Positions 1 to 16,200 of a stretch of 64,000 bases of DNA are shown here, one piece after another. The notes beneath the pieces are model-generated. The model was not told the origin of the DNA and ran no database searches. It saw only the letters and a list, made by a program, of their open reading frames with translations. This DNA is from Octopus vulgaris (taxonomy: Eukaryota). Location: positions 56,606,001 through 56,670,000 of the forward strand of contig OX597817.1 of assembly GCA_951406725.2 (NCBI GenBank). The letters are read 5' to 3'. How positions within the stretch are numbered: the stretch's first letter is position 1; the number at the start of each line of letters is the position of its first letter. The position numbers were made by a program, and so were the translations under genes.

Positions 1-510
1 AACAAACAAACAAATAAAGAGAGAAAGAAAGAGAGAAAGAAAGAAAGAAGGAAAGAAAGAAAGGGAGAAAGAAAGAAAGAAAAAGAGAGAGAAAGTAAGA
101 GAGAAAGAAAGAAAGAGAGAAAGAAAGAAAGAGAGAAAGAAAGAAACAAACAAACACATGAAGAAAACGGCGGTGATAATGATGATGAGGAGGAGGAGGA
201 GGAAGGAAGGAAGAAATAGAGAAAGAAGTAGAATAAAAGGAGGTGGAAGAAAGAAGTGGAGGAGGGGGAGGAAGAAGAAGAAGAAGAAGAAGAAGAAGAA
301 GAAGAAGAGCTGGAGGAAGATGTAGAGGAAGAAGTGGAGGAGGAAGAGGAGGCGTAGGAGGGGTAGGAGGAGCAAGAAGGAAGACGAGGCGGAAGAAGGT
401 GGGGGTGCGTTGGTGGTTTTGGTGGTAATGGTGGCGGTGGCGGTGGTGATGGTAGTGATGGCAACAGTGGTGGTAATGGTGGTGTGGTGGTGGTGATGAT
501 GTTGATGAAA
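1..510. repeat. Compound low-complexity tract (GAAA)n/(GAA)n/(GGA)n/(GGT)n
   Basis: Visible directly; explains the poly-R/G ORF 243-428. Confidence 0.9.
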
Positions 511-1550
511 TGGAAAAGATACATCAAGAGTCACATTGTGTGAGTCTAAAAGAACTAATCGAAACTAATTTAGAGTTAATTAGTTTAATTAAATAGACAT
601 TGACCTCTTAGCCCTAGGTCAACCCTGATTGCACTTGAAAGTCATCCTTGCCATGACCACTTCAAATTTTCTCTTGAGATATAGTGTATCGAGGACTATA
701 CTACCTAATATGTCTTACGTTTCTTAAGTTTATATATTTGACTGCTATTTCTAGCCAAAGGAACTCCGACCACATAGCGGCTTAATCTCGCCAGGAATAT
801 TAAACCAAATGTACGCCATTTTATTATTGTTCGTGTCCTCTTGCAGGAATTGATCTCATAACTTTCCTCATAACATCCTAACAATTTCCGCAATATATTA
901 CAAGCAAACCAATGAGAGACACTTTGTTATCACGTGCCCACATACCGCCCTAATCTCCCTCAAACCACACCCTGTATATTCCATAGTTGGCTTCTATGGT
1001 TACCTTGCATTCTGTATATTGTGGTTAATGCTTTTGTTGTTGTTGATTTGGCCGTTGTCTTGTACTTATTGTTTTATCCCAAGGTGAATCTTGATTGAGC
1101 AAATCTCTTATCAAAGTTATTCATTCCATCTGTGACAAATCCATCGTTTTTCTGGCCACAACGTATCCAGAAGTAGAGTGAATCCAAATGTGCTTTTTGA
1201 ATCAGCATATAAACTTCAGAATCATAGAGATAACTTGCCTCGAATAAACTACAGCTTACATAGAAGGACACTCCGCATTAGCCCTCGCCATTCCTGCTGA
1301 CTCTGTCTACCTGAGAAGCTGTACATACTGAAAGATCACACTGAATTCTTTAACAGGAAAACAGAAAAAGAATAACTTTCACACTGCTGTCAATAATAGT
1401 GCTCCAGACTAGTTCATTTTCAGCCATCAATTGATCACACAGCCTCATGATATTTACCGGAGCTTTATTGAAATTAGCTTGCCATATCTAATGTATCATT
1501 GTATACGACTCCTGCCTATTGCATCAGAATCAAGAACTAATCACCAAGTC

Positions 1551-1650
1551 AGAAAATTACTATTTGTAAATCTCACAACGTGAGATATTCAGCAACAGCA
1601 CTTTGGAGTAAAGATTGTTTGCCAACATAACATGTTGCTGTAATTTAGCC
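1551..1650 (+). mobile_element. Fragment of unclassified repeat family X (also at 29022-29464 and 48630-48866)
   Basis: agaaaattactatttgtaaatctcacaacgtgagatattcagcaacagcactttggagtaaagattgtttgccaacataacatg matches the reverse complement of about 29380-29464; has an internal deletion at an ATG microhomology. Confidence 0.85.
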
Positions 1651-2085
1651 GCAGAAGAGGAAGAATATCCGTTACCCGTGTTATCCCCGCGCATTGGTGT
1701 GCAGGAACACTATGCTCGTGGAGCACAGGTAACAACAGGATAAACAAATTATTTGTATCAGGAAACAAGTAAAAATAATCAGATTTCTTACGTCACCCAT
1801 TTGTTATGTCATGCTTTGTATTAAAAAATAAGCCATAAATGGGGGCCAATCGATGTGTTTGCTAATCTGAGGTTTCCTCCATTTTCCTAGGGCTAAATGA
1901 CAGTAGCATTCTTCCCTTTCATGGGACTGTCGTATTAAGTTGACAACATACCACCACTTTATCGTGTTACTACTGTATAAATCTCTCTGAGGGATTTAGA
2001 AATGCATTATATATATATATATGTATATATATTATGTATATATGTATGAATGTATGTATATGCTAGAATATAAATGTTATCCTGC

Positions 2086-2119
<34 letters not shown>

Positions 2120-2470
2120 TACTACTACTTCTACTACTACTACTACTTCTACTACTACTATCACGCCATCAACTTTCATTGTGATGTTTTTGTTTGCCTC
2201 TCTCATATCATTCGGAGTGGATATTGATGAGGTATCGTGAGACAAACAATTTATAAGTAACGGGTAGTAGGCTGGGCGGGATGGAGTGTTTAAATGTAAA
2301 TAGTAGTGGTGGAAGGAGAAGGGTGGTTGGGTGGTTTGATGAGGGGTGGGGGAGTTTGGAAAATTTTGTTGCGAATGGGAAGATATGGCGCTGTATTGAG
2401 AGAGTAAGTTGAGTGACATAGTGAAAGACAGATGCAAATGTGTGTGTATATGCATGTACATGTATATATG

Positions 2471-2507
<37 letters not shown>

Positions 2508-2674
2508 TTGTGTGTGTGAATTTGTATGTATGTTTGTGTGTCGTGCACGTGTGTTGTGCGCGTGTACGTACATATACATATATATATGTATATATATACA
2601 TACCCATATATATGTATATGTATATATATATATGTATATATATATATACATACACATATATATGTATATGTATG

Positions 2675-2712
<38 letters not shown>

Positions 2713-2774
2713 TATGTACGTATGTATGTATGTATGCATATCACAAGGCTTTTCGTGTTTTTGTATGATAATAA

Positions 2775-2806
<32 letters not shown>

Positions 2807-3306
2807 TAAATTTATATAGGTAGGTAGATGGATAGATACATAGATCTATATGTATACACGGAGGTGTGTGTATGTATATGTATGTATGTATATATATATA
2901 TACATATATATATAGAGAGAGAGAGACAGAGACAAACAGACACACACACACATACAGACTGATAAAGAGGGAGAATAAATGAAAGGTAAGAGGGAGAGAG
3001 ATGGGTAGGTATGTAGTTATGCAAGTTGATAGATAACTAGATCGATTGATTAATAGATAATGTAGATATGTAGTTATGTAGTTATGTAGGTAATGAGACT
3101 AGTAGGCGGGGGATATTAATAGTGGAGGGGTGGAGAGGAAGAACACACAAATGAAACGACACTAAACTCACATGATATGGCTGTCGTCGGTTTAGATGAC
3201 AAAAAAACACGATTGTAATACTTTGTAGACGTGAGATGAAAAAGTCGGTAATTAGATAGACGCGGCTGTTGAATTTGTAACATTAAGGGCGGTTTGGGTG
3301 TGTGGT

Positions 3307-3395
<89 letters not shown>

Positions 3396-3740
3396 AGTGT
3401 GTGTGAAAATGTGTGCGTGCGTGTAAATGTGTGTGTGTGTAAGTGTGTGTGTGTATGTAAGTGTGTGTGTGTGTGTAAGTGTGTGTGTATGTGTGTTGTG
3501 TGTGTGTATGTAAGTGTGTGTAAGTGTGTGTATGTGTGTGTATGTGTGTGTGTAAGTGTGTGTCTGTATGTGTGTAAGTGCGTGTGTGTGTAAATGTATG
3601 TATAAGTTTGTGTGTAAGTGTCTGTGTGTGTGTGTGTGTATGTACATGAGTAAGGAGAACTTTAAAATGTATCAGAAAACAAAACGAAGCGATTTCAGTA
3701 TTTAATATACGTTGCAGTATGGCATCTGTCAAATTATTAA

Positions 3741-4102
3741 AACTAAACATGGATGCTTTGTCAGAACACCGAATACTGCGTTATTGGCCTTGAAAGATCA
3801 TTTCTTACAGATGCTTAGTGCATAAATGCACACGCATAGATTGAAACAGACGAGAATCGTCTGTCATGGGCGCCAGTATTTCCATTTCACGTGATTTCGG
3901 TCTACTGGACTTCCTCAGTGGGAGGCGCCGGTCACCGCATGCTGGTCAAATCTCGCTTCCACCATATATAGAATACCAGTAATGTTTTCAGACAATACGA
4001 TGTATGTGTCTGCTTTTATGCACCAAGTGCCTATGGGAAAGGTTCTCTCACAAGGCCAACAACGCAATATTCGGCGTTCAAAGAAGGCAGCCATGTTAAG
4101 TT
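3741..4102. mobile_element. MITE-like element with about 100-bp diverged inverted arms
   Basis: aactaaacatggatgc..gaacaccgaatactgcgttattggccttg..gtgcataaatgcacacgcata is mirrored by tatgtgtctgcttttatgcac..caaggccaacaacgcaatattcggcgttc..gcagccatgttaagtt. Confidence 0.75.
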
Positions 4103-4403
4103 AGATATAAAGGTTACCTTTTGGCATTAACGCAGCTTCCATCGCCAATAATTGGAAATTAATCGAATCAAATGCAGACTATTGCAGGACTTTAAATTGT
4201 TTGACATATCTCGACCTCAACAACTCGCCGTATGAAGGATGTGGGTTTACTTCCGTTTGATATCATTGCATCATTTAGAACGAAAGTATGTGTGCGCTAA
4301 CTGAATTCTGAAAGACAGAGGCATGGGAAACGTGAGATCAGCGTAGCCCAGAATTTGAGTAAGTGTTATACAAAGATGATCTCGGTTTATTCTTGGGAAT
4401 TAA

Positions 4404-4874
4404 CCCATTAACTGCCAAGTCTTTTTCATTCATATTTTTTGGCTTTGCCAGGTGTCTTAGGAATTTAAATAATATATAGCATTTAAAATTTTCTTCATAT
4501 GTGAATTATTTTGGAAATTTTGATAAATTTTTCGAAAAGTCCTAAATGGGAATCGCTGAAATAAAACATATTTATCCTTTTCTATTCAATTGCAATAATA
4601 AACATTTCAGTTTTTTTGAAACTATAGTATCAAATGCGAATGTGTATGCAATATCAATGCAAAACAAATACAAAAGCGTTTTCAAAACAGTCAATATTTT
4701 TGTAGTTCTCTAGAATTAGCCAGAGCTAATAATGACATACTTTAACTACTAAATATTATTAAACACACCTCTACAAATGCAATCTACATAAGCAATTCAC
4801 TTTGAATACAACGAACAACCAGCAGTGAGACAGTTTTAGCAGATCCCCAAATAGGGCTCATGGCAAGCAATGGG
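4404..4874. mobile_element. Non-autonomous piggyBac-type DNA transposon
   Basis: TTAA|cccattaactgcca ... tggcaagcaatggg|TTGA: CCC/GGG termini, short TIR, TTAA target (right copy has one mismatch). Confidence 0.55.
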
Positions 4875-5395
4875 TTGAAAGAAAAGGTTACTCAGTACAA
4901 TATCGACCGGAGGATTGTAGATAGATCTAGGTCTTATGTGAATGGTAGCAAAAGATGTGAATTGTGCACAAGAAAGAGAAGCGTTATACTAAAGAACTTC
5001 TTTGAAATAAGGGGTTGCTTAAAGCCAAGAGTGAAATGATTAAATCCTGCGCACGCTTCCTATAAACATTTTAAAATTCAGATCAATATCAGCACGGTAG
5101 TCTGGCCACATTCGATCACATCACATTCAGTCACACTTCATCAATTAATTTTATTAAATTTACCAATTTTCGCATTATACTTTTAAATATATCAGGACCA
5201 CGTTTTTGCACACACACCCCTTCTTCATTCAATTCCAGAATTTGTTTATTATCCGAGAATACCTGTTTAGTTTGTCCAACATAGATCAATGGTTTATATT
5301 ATATCATAAACAGAGACCATGATATCTTATTTTCTCCCCTCCCACCAAATTTCAACCCTCGTGCCTAGAGTAGAACAGATTATCATTTATTTAAA

Positions 5396-5504
5396 GGCGG
5401 CGAGATGGCAGAAATATTAGCACCCCGGGCGAAATGCTTAACAGTATTTCGTCTGTCTTTATGTTCTATGTTCAAATTCTGCCGAGGTCGACTTTGCCTT
5501 TCAT

Positions 5505-5506
<2 letters not shown>
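5396..5506 (+). mobile_element. SINE family A, 5' part
   Basis: ggcggcgagatggcagaaatattagc..gttcaaattctgccgaggtcgactttgcctttcatcc; pol III A/B-box-like head; homologous to 20422 and 61437. Confidence 0.85.
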
Positions 5507-5556
<50 letters not shown>

Positions 5557-5562
<6 letters not shown>

Positions 5563-5890
5563 GAAATAGAATGAAAAAACTACAGAAAATTTGTATTATA
5601 TGGTTTTAAAATATATTAAATTCGTCATGTTATGAAAATGATCGAAAAATTCCTGATTACCTCCCCCTGTCTCGAACTTTTCTTCATCACACCATAACGA
5701 ATAGATGACGCAACGTCGCTAAAGAAATTTAAGAAATTTGAAGAGAAATTACGGAACCGGTTATTTCTTCAAAAACAATGTCACTATACACAAAATTTTA
5801 TATTATTTTTCTAACATGACGATTTTAATATATTTTTTACCCTATAATACAAATCTTCTGTAGTTTCTTCATTCTATTTTGTTTTTTATA
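5557..5890. repeat. Fold-back cassette (about 85-bp diverged arms) with a degenerate HHR-like motif in the loop
   Basis: aacgaaatagaatgaaaaaactacagaaaatttgtattata..cgtcatgtta versus taacatgacg..tataatacaaatcttctgtagtttcttcattctattttgtt; loop has gaat-agatga-cgcaa..ttacg-gaa-ccgg-tt-attt. Confidence 0.7.
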
Positions 5891-5936
5891 CATCCAACCA
5901 CGTGCTTTCATATACCAATTCTCTTACCCATATATA

Positions 5937-6344
5937 TCTTTATATATAAAAGTGAAGTTGTGTGTCTGCCTCCTACGATTTAGATTCCTAACTACTCCCA
6001 CATTTTGCGGTGCAGTGTAACCCAAAAGCGGGTATCTTATAGTTGTGATTCATATCGAGCCCTTCTGGGTATTAGCGCGCGTCTACGATGAGTCTACGAT
6101 GAGTCTACGATTTAAAAAAAAATTACCATCATTTTTTCCCATTTTTAATGCATTTTTTTGCTATTATATAAGGGAAGTAACTCTTTAAAAATGTATTATT
6201 AAATCTCAGAACGTAAAAACCTACAGTAACCCCCCCGCCCTTGTGGTTAGCCATATTGAGATGGCTATTATACTTCACATCTCTAAAAATGCTTATATAG
6301 TTATTTCCCTTACAAACCCGAGCAACGCCGGGCGATACTGCTAG
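5937..6344 (+). mobile_element. Non-autonomous Helitron
   Basis: A|TC start (tctttatatataaaagtgaagttg), subterminal GC hairpin cccgagcaacgccggg, CTAG|T end, no TSD; same termini as 40326-40717. Confidence 0.85.
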
Positions 6345-6364
6345 TATATATATATATATATACT

Positions 6365-6695
6365 TTTGTTCTTGCAGTCCCAATAATACGCATTATCATT
6401 ATTAATCGTTGTCTTCGTGCGGCCCTAAGCTTTTATTCTGTTTATCATTTTGTCCCTTGTTCGTCCCGTTTCGTTTTGTTATGTTTTGGTTTCATTCCAG
6501 AGTGGAAGCAATATTATCGATAATGGCTGAAATTGCGTTTGATTTCTCTGGCAGACAACTGATGAAGAAATAGTGGCTTCTATGTTTTCTGTTCGCCTGT
6601 GTATTTAGTATATGTTCGTTTGTTTATTTACAACATGTTTTTAATTAGATATATAGGTATGTCATATTTTCCGTTATCTCTTTATTTAATCCTGA
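6365..6695 (+). mobile_element. About 300-bp TA-flanked cassette, family Y (double HHR-like motif, probably Penelope-derived)
   Basis: ccagag..ggct-gaaa..ctctgg followed by gacaa-ctgatga-ag; same layout at 20897, 42696 and 53655. Confidence 0.5.
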
Positions 6696-6729
6696 ATATA
6701 TATATGTATATATATATATATATATATAT

Positions 6730-6767
<38 letters not shown>

Positions 6768-6782
6768 CACATACACACACAC

Positions 6783-6831
<49 letters not shown>

Positions 6832-6835
6832 TATA

Positions 6836-6868
<33 letters not shown>

Positions 6869-7107
6869 GGCCGTTGATAAAAATTTTTCCCGAAAAAAAT
6901 TTTATCCTATATCAATTATAAATAGATTAGTGTTTCACTTCCGGATTCTATCACTCTGTGAAAGTTTCTAGTTCGAATCACACGTGCCTCGAGGTGCGCC
7001 TAAGATTTTTCTATTTGGATATATTTGGGGTACTTAAGTCTGCTCGGGACTTGGTGCTTGCTTCTTCCGTGGGTATGAATAAGTATTTCATTTATATCTC
7101 GCGTATG

Positions 7108-7166
7108 TGCCGCTGAAGAGAGGAAAATTTCTTGTGAATTAACCCCGAAATTGGACCAATACGGTA
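7108..7166 (+). ncRNA. Type I hammerhead ribozyme motif
   Basis: Stem I tgccg/cggta; core CUGAAGA (7113-7119); stem II gagg../..cccc; GAAA (7147-7150); near-palindromic stem III a-ttgg-a-ccaa-t; cleavage triplet AUA. Confidence 0.75.
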
Positions 7167-7291
7167 ATAACGAATTTTTTAGAGATTTTTATCGGTTTGT
7201 TTCGAGACGCATAAATTTAATGGTTATCGACAACTCTTTTGTTTCGGCGTATCTGGCATTAGAATTTTTCTTCTGCCCTTATCTTGTAAAT

Positions 7292-7333
<42 letters not shown>

Positions 7334-7340
7334 TATATAT

Positions 7341-8775
7341 AGGTACATAAATTCTTCAAAAGATTTAGACTATCTATCTCAACTGAAAAGGAACAAACCT
7401 CTATTAACTACTTAGACACAGCCAGCAACCTAGCCACAGAACTCTATGAACCGTACATGAAACCTCAGATACATAAACGCTGTAAGTAACCACCCCTACT
7501 TTATTAAGAGAAACCTAATACATAGCATTAACAATAGAATATCACGCCTCTCTTCCAACATAGACATAAAGAAGCCTATAACTCTACACTACGGAAAGCA
7601 GGATATAAACAAGAAATCAAATACTTAAACCCTAATCACCCTATAAGCAGCCCAACTAACAGGAACCCACTCACTAATACCACTAACGCCAACCACACAC
7701 CATGCACCACCACAAAGTATACCAAAAATAAAATAATTACGAGTAACCCCAATAGAAACAACACTAATATGAACAATGCCAAGGCCTATACACAAACCAC
7801 TAACAACAACAAAAATAACCGCAACACTAATACCGACAAACAGATATTAAATAAGATTAACAATATTAACATAACTAATAACACGAATAACTACGCGAAT
7901 AAGTCCCAAAATAACAGCACCTACAAAAATAATAGTATAAACCTATACAGCGGTATCAATAAACCTAAAGACACCCAACCAATTAATATGAACCTGTTAA
8001 TAGCAAAAAAACTAGGACTTTGAACCCACATGAACCCTACGATAACACCAATAGGACAGTCAAAAGCAACACGAAAAGGAAACATAACTATGGATATAAC
8101 CAAGATACATGCAACCATAACTTAACAGGAATCACAAACAAGGAGGGAAGCTTCTACACTAGGAAAAACAACACAAAAAATAAACAAAAGAGCGATAATA
8201 TCTGGCTCGTAATTCCCTACACCATGCACCTCAAATCAAATATAGTTCGCTCATTAATGAAAATCATAGACAAACACCTAAACGTTAATAATAAATACAC
8301 GGAATTATTTAGGAATAAAATCAGAATAGGCCACAGTCTGACTAATAACTTAGCCACAATAATAGCCTCAATGAATAATAAAAAAACTTGACACATTTTA
8401 CGAAACTAGAAAGATAGTGAACAATAAAAATAATAACCAACCAACTAATAGGACTAAGCCCCCACTAAAGCAACGCATTCTGCTAACTTAGGTACAGACC
8501 TGAAAAATAATTGTCCCCCACAATACAACACGGACGTAGATACACCTAATTATTTATGCGGCTGTAGGGTTAGGACAAAGTGCCATTTCCCAAATAGATG
8601 TAAGACAAATAACATAGTTTACCAATGTGATGTCCGCACAAACAACCAGACGAAATCATACATACGTGCAACTAAGAACCAAACGATTCTCAGATATAAT
8701 ACGCATCTATCCAGCTTAGTTAACTATCAGAAATAGTTAAGTTAACTGGTACGTGAATTTTACTTGGAACTCGGA
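7341..8775 (+). pseudogene. Penelope-like retroelement ORF remnant, Neptune-type (RT C-terminus, linker, Cys4 finger, GIY-YIG endonuclease); 5'-truncated and frameshifted
   Basis: Manual translation: SINYLD..NLATELYEPYMKP / YINAVSNHPYFIKRNLIHSINNRISRLSSN; IWLVIPY..KIRIGHSLTNNLATIIASMNNKK; CGCRVRTKCHFPNRCKTNNIVYQCDV..KSYIRAT..RYNTH. Confidence 0.85.
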
Positions 8776-9204
8776 GTAAGAGAGAGAGACAGACATACAG
8801 ACAGAGAAAGAGTAGGAAGCAGCTAACACCTATCTGAAATTAACCTATTGGAGTTTTCTCAGTTTCTCTTGTTAATTCTTATGAATGATGGGGTTTTTTT
8901 ATCAATTGCAGACACAATATCAATTCTTCAAAAGAACTCTTTGCAATCTCATTAAATAAAATCTGGAATTGTTTTGCCTTCTTCGTTGGAAAGAAACAGA
9001 AAGTGTTGAATGCTGTCAAATATTAGGGGAATGCCTTAAAGTTACCAGATTCAAATATTGCCTTTTGTGGGGAACGAACCTACGCCTCTCTACGCTCGGA
9101 GGAATTGAATTTTACAGAAGTTATTGCGCCTGTAATTATAATAATCCTTTCTACTCAAGGCACAAGACTTGAACGTCACTTCCGTTTAACTATAATTTGG
9201 AATT

Positions 9205-9360
9205 TAACTGTGTAGTTAAGAAGTTTGTTTCTCATTCAAGTGGTTACGGGTTCAAATCCAGCCGGGGGAACTTTTAGAGTCTTTATTCTTATTAACTTAA
9301 ATTATTGACTCTAACTCCAGTGAAAGAAATTTGGTAGACGGAAATTAGGTGGAAATCTAT
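9205..9360 (+). mobile_element. SINE family B, degenerate head
   Basis: ctgtgtagttaagaagtttg..gggttcaaatcc..tttggtagacggaaatt. Confidence 0.6.
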
Positions 9361-9815
9361 CAAAAGACCGTTTCTGTTCTTAGGTGACAAATGTACCCCG
9401 CCACCCGGATTAACAACATCACCGAGAATTTATGTATTTTTAATAGAAACCATTCTGTTGGAAGGTAAATTTCTCCCTTGCTACTACAATCCTAAAGAAC
9501 CCTGGACACTGCTATTTCTTCATCATATCAGTTCTTACTAAAAATGCTCCCAAATCTGGGTAAATAGCTGCGGTAAATGGCTTCGATCGATCTTAATCAA
9601 TATATGACAAAACAGGTGGTATATATCATGCATTTGGAGGGACAAAAACGCAACTAGGAGCCAGGTGGGTCTTGAACTCAAATTCTTTTATGACAAAACT
9701 GAACATTTTGATTATTTTGGTTCCGATACCCAAACTTTTCTGCCGCTGCAATATTCAATAACTTCTACCAAAAGTGATTTACTTTCTTTCATCTTCCCCC
9801 CTAGAAATATACTTC

Positions 9816-9817
<2 letters not shown>

Positions 9818-9907
<90 letters not shown>

Positions 9908-9948
9908 GATGATGATGATGATTATGATGATAGTGGTGGTGGTGGTGG

Positions 9949-9982
<34 letters not shown>

Positions 9983-10061
9983 AATGAGGAGGAAGAGGAG
10001 GGTGAGGAGGAGAAGGAGAAGGGGGATGCGGAGAGAGATGAAGAGTAACAAAAGTAATAAC

Positions 10062-10110
<49 letters not shown>
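9818..10110. repeat. Compound trinucleotide microsatellite (AAT)(GAT)(GGT)(GAG)(AAT)
   Basis: Visible directly; source of the poly-N/D/G/E ORFs. Confidence 0.95.
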
Positions 10111-10457
10111 GCACTACTAATAATATAAACAATTTTATATTAAAAATGATAATGGCGAATCGATTTTGGAGGAAAGCTCAAAAGCAGTAATTTTTCTCTC
10201 CTTGTTCTTGGGTTCTTTCACGACGGTGGCGCATGATGGGGTGGGTGGGGGACGGTTGCGACGGGATGACATAGAGATGGTGGTGTAGAGGGTAGTGAGG
10301 GTGTGCAAAGTGGCGGGTGTGGTGGGGAGAGCGTTCTGTTGGAATTGGTAATTGATCCATTATAGCGTCTATTCTAATTCTGGCAAAAAAGATTTAAATT
10401 TGTGGGTCGTTGGTCCACTATGCGCAGTGATGAAGCTGGTCATGATTCTACGCGAGT

Positions 10458-13380
<2,923 letters not shown>

Positions 13381-14208
13381 AATATATGTGTATGTATGTG
13401 GTGGCGTTTGTTCATACGTGTGGGTCGATCTGTCTCAGCCTGTATTTACTTGAAGATTTTTGCTTCATGTTATATTCTGTTAGGTATGGGCCATTACCCT
13501 TCACAGGGCCCACGAATCTGATGCGAGGTAAAGTGGATGGTCTCCTGAAGCTAGAAACCTGTCTTGAATGTTTGGAAGAGAGCGGACCTGCTAAACCTAC
13601 CCATGGTGTATTCAAATCGAGAGCTATTAAATTGAGCAACGGATTATATCTATTACTTGTTGAGGTTTGTAGTTGTTAGTTGTTTATGTGTGTATTTGTA
13701 CTTGCCTTGGTATCTGAGAAATATACATCTTCACCATACGTAACACAACAGCACTGAATCTAAGACTTGCACTACGTAAATTTATTGTTTGGCCGAGACA
13801 ATTGTACAAAGATGGAAGAAGCGCCAGTTATAAAGCGTTTGTGCAAAACTTCCTGAAATATCTAACAATACCTCATCAAGGAACTCACTGTCGTTCGAAA
13901 GTATGAGGATCATCAGTGTGACGAAATATATCGCTGCCAACGTACGTCTTTCAACATGACAGTTTGCAACAGCTGTAGGGATCTACAAAATACACACAAT
14001 CGAGAAACACCGCAACATGAAACAGCGTTTTATTGCAACTATTATATGTACGCCTGCATGTAGCTCCAAAACGTGGCACAAGACTCGAAACTCTGAGTAG
14101 ACCTTGACTATTGAATAGAAAATATAGGTATCTGTCTATGTATTTATCTATCTCTCGGTCTGCCTATCCATCTATCTATCTCTCCCTCTTTCTCTCTCAC
14201 TCTTTCTC

Positions 14209-14258
<50 letters not shown>

Positions 14259-15829
14259 AATCTATCTATCTATCTATCTACCTATCTATCTATATCTATC
14301 TATTTCTCAAAACGCTCAACCTTTTAACCTTTTGAACTTTGAAAATTCGAGAAAAAAAATGAACTTAATTTTCAAACGAGAATTACCAAAGTCCTCACTT
14401 TTCACTGTTCATATGATATTTTTTATATAAATATCTCAGTTTCTCGTCATCTTTTCAACTGGATTTCGTTTTCTAATTTTTGAGACAGTTTTTAATATTT
14501 TCCCTTTTTCATTTTGTCAGTTCTCCACGGTTTTCTCTTCCTTGCACAATTCTACCACTTTTCACTCTTAGCCTTTAGATTCCCCATCGATAAACCGCTA
14601 ACCACCCACGTATCACCACTTTCCACCTGTTCATTCTTTCCTCCTAGCTCAACTTTACTTCTCTTAGCATAGCACCCGCTATCACTATCCTACTACGGAG
14701 TCACCTTGATATCTCTCTGTACTAGACCTTGACTATTGTAATTCGAAGTTGTCAATGGACCACGGATAAAAAGTTTACAAATCTAATGCGCAGAATACAG
14801 TGTCAATTTTATACCACTTACTATTAGGGTAATAGATTCTCAACCAATCTACCTGGATCAAAATATGGTTGAACATGTAATTCTTGAAGAAAGAATGCAA
14901 CACCTTAGTTCATAAGCCTCAAATGACCTTGATATCTGGAACTATAAAAACCTGCAAAGTCTTCATAATTATAAGATTAATGGTTACGCAAACTATGATA
15001 AAGACAACGCGATCCTTTTCTTGACAACCTTTCCACAGAGCAGGTGAGCGTGAGAATAAACTTAAGACTTTCAACAAGCATAGACATAATAATAGCTCGC
15101 CCGTCAATTTTGGAAATGATCTACCTGATGCTAGAAAAGCTCATATATATCTATTGATATATATGTTTATTTATTCTAATATAAATTTATTTATACATAT
15201 TTATTCTTAACTATGTTATGTCGAGAAATTGCAGAAGGCCATAAGCGGCCTCGTACCACTTATATCATAGTCTTCTCCCCCGTACCCTTTATTTTACTTG
15301 CTTTTATTTTTCTTTTTTATTTACATATCCATTGAAACGGTTTTAACTTTTGCCCTTGGTTCGAATATAATTGACCAATTGTAGAGATGGATTGACTTCG
15401 CTCTACTCCATTGCGGACAATAGGTGGTGCTCTCTGTAATATTCCAGTAAGTACACTATCATAAGAACCCTATGGTATTGTTTTGGATAAATATTAGCTA
15501 CGGATTTTTACGATAACATAAGTACTGCTCTCTTTCTAGACATGTCAGTAATGTTCTTGTATTATTTTTTGCTAACTTCTTTTCATAACTTTCAAAACAT
15601 CTTGGTTCCCTCTTTATATGGAAATACCCCGAAAAAAGTTTTTCCCTAGATCATTCTTCTGCCTACCGACTTCGAAACCCTATGATGGAAGATTGTATTG
15701 TTTTAATATATTAAGCGTCCTGGATTCATCTCTTGGCCATGTTTTCTTTCCTATTTCCTCTTTCTTTTGTCTATTTTTTAGACGCGTTTGTAATCCGAAA
15801 AAAAGAACAAGTCAACATCATCGGTAACC

Positions 15830-16200
15830 AGTGAGCCGCAGGTTTTATGTCGGAGTTATCCCAGTTACCTGAGTTACCTTCTCCTAGAGGGATGCCCTAA
15901 CAAAGGCTAGGAGTCCTTCCCTCCCAATGGTTTAACTGCGCGATGGGGTATTCAGTTCGATTATGTCTATGTCCCTGCGCATGATCCAGCCTTAAGATAT
16001 TTATTGGATGGCCGTTGACTCTCAAGAGTTCCTCCGCCCTTTGACGTGTTTTGTTTTTCATCCCGCAGGGTGTCCAATAAGCACCCTCCTCACCAAGCAA
16101 GCTTGGTGGGGTTGCCGGTTTAGTCATCGACGACACGACCATGCAACAGATTGTACTGGGTTACATGTTACCAGTAGCACGCGAAAGTGACTTGACATTA
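15830..16200. mobile_element. Interspersed repeat fragment, possibly a LINE UTR
   Basis: GC-richer segment with hairpins (agggtgtccaataagcaccct; accaagcaagcttggt) next to (TACA)n; class uncertain. Confidence 0.35.

Noticed and set aside
8386-8394. In-frame TGA in the Penelope ORF as possible selenocysteine
   Set aside because: Not at a conserved Cys position, and the copy has other stops and frameshifts
9665-10048. Acidic poly-N/D/G/E ORF
   Set aside because: Compound trinucleotide microsatellite, open in several frames
13386-15340. Possible LINE 3' remnants or exons (13440-13700, 14750-15300; also 700-1320 and 16500-16870)
   Set aside because: Only vague similarity with many stops; cannot be assigned without a search
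16060-16130. Possible HDV-like ribozyme in a LINE UTR
   Set aside because: Only simple hairpins; the nested double pseudoknot could not be built
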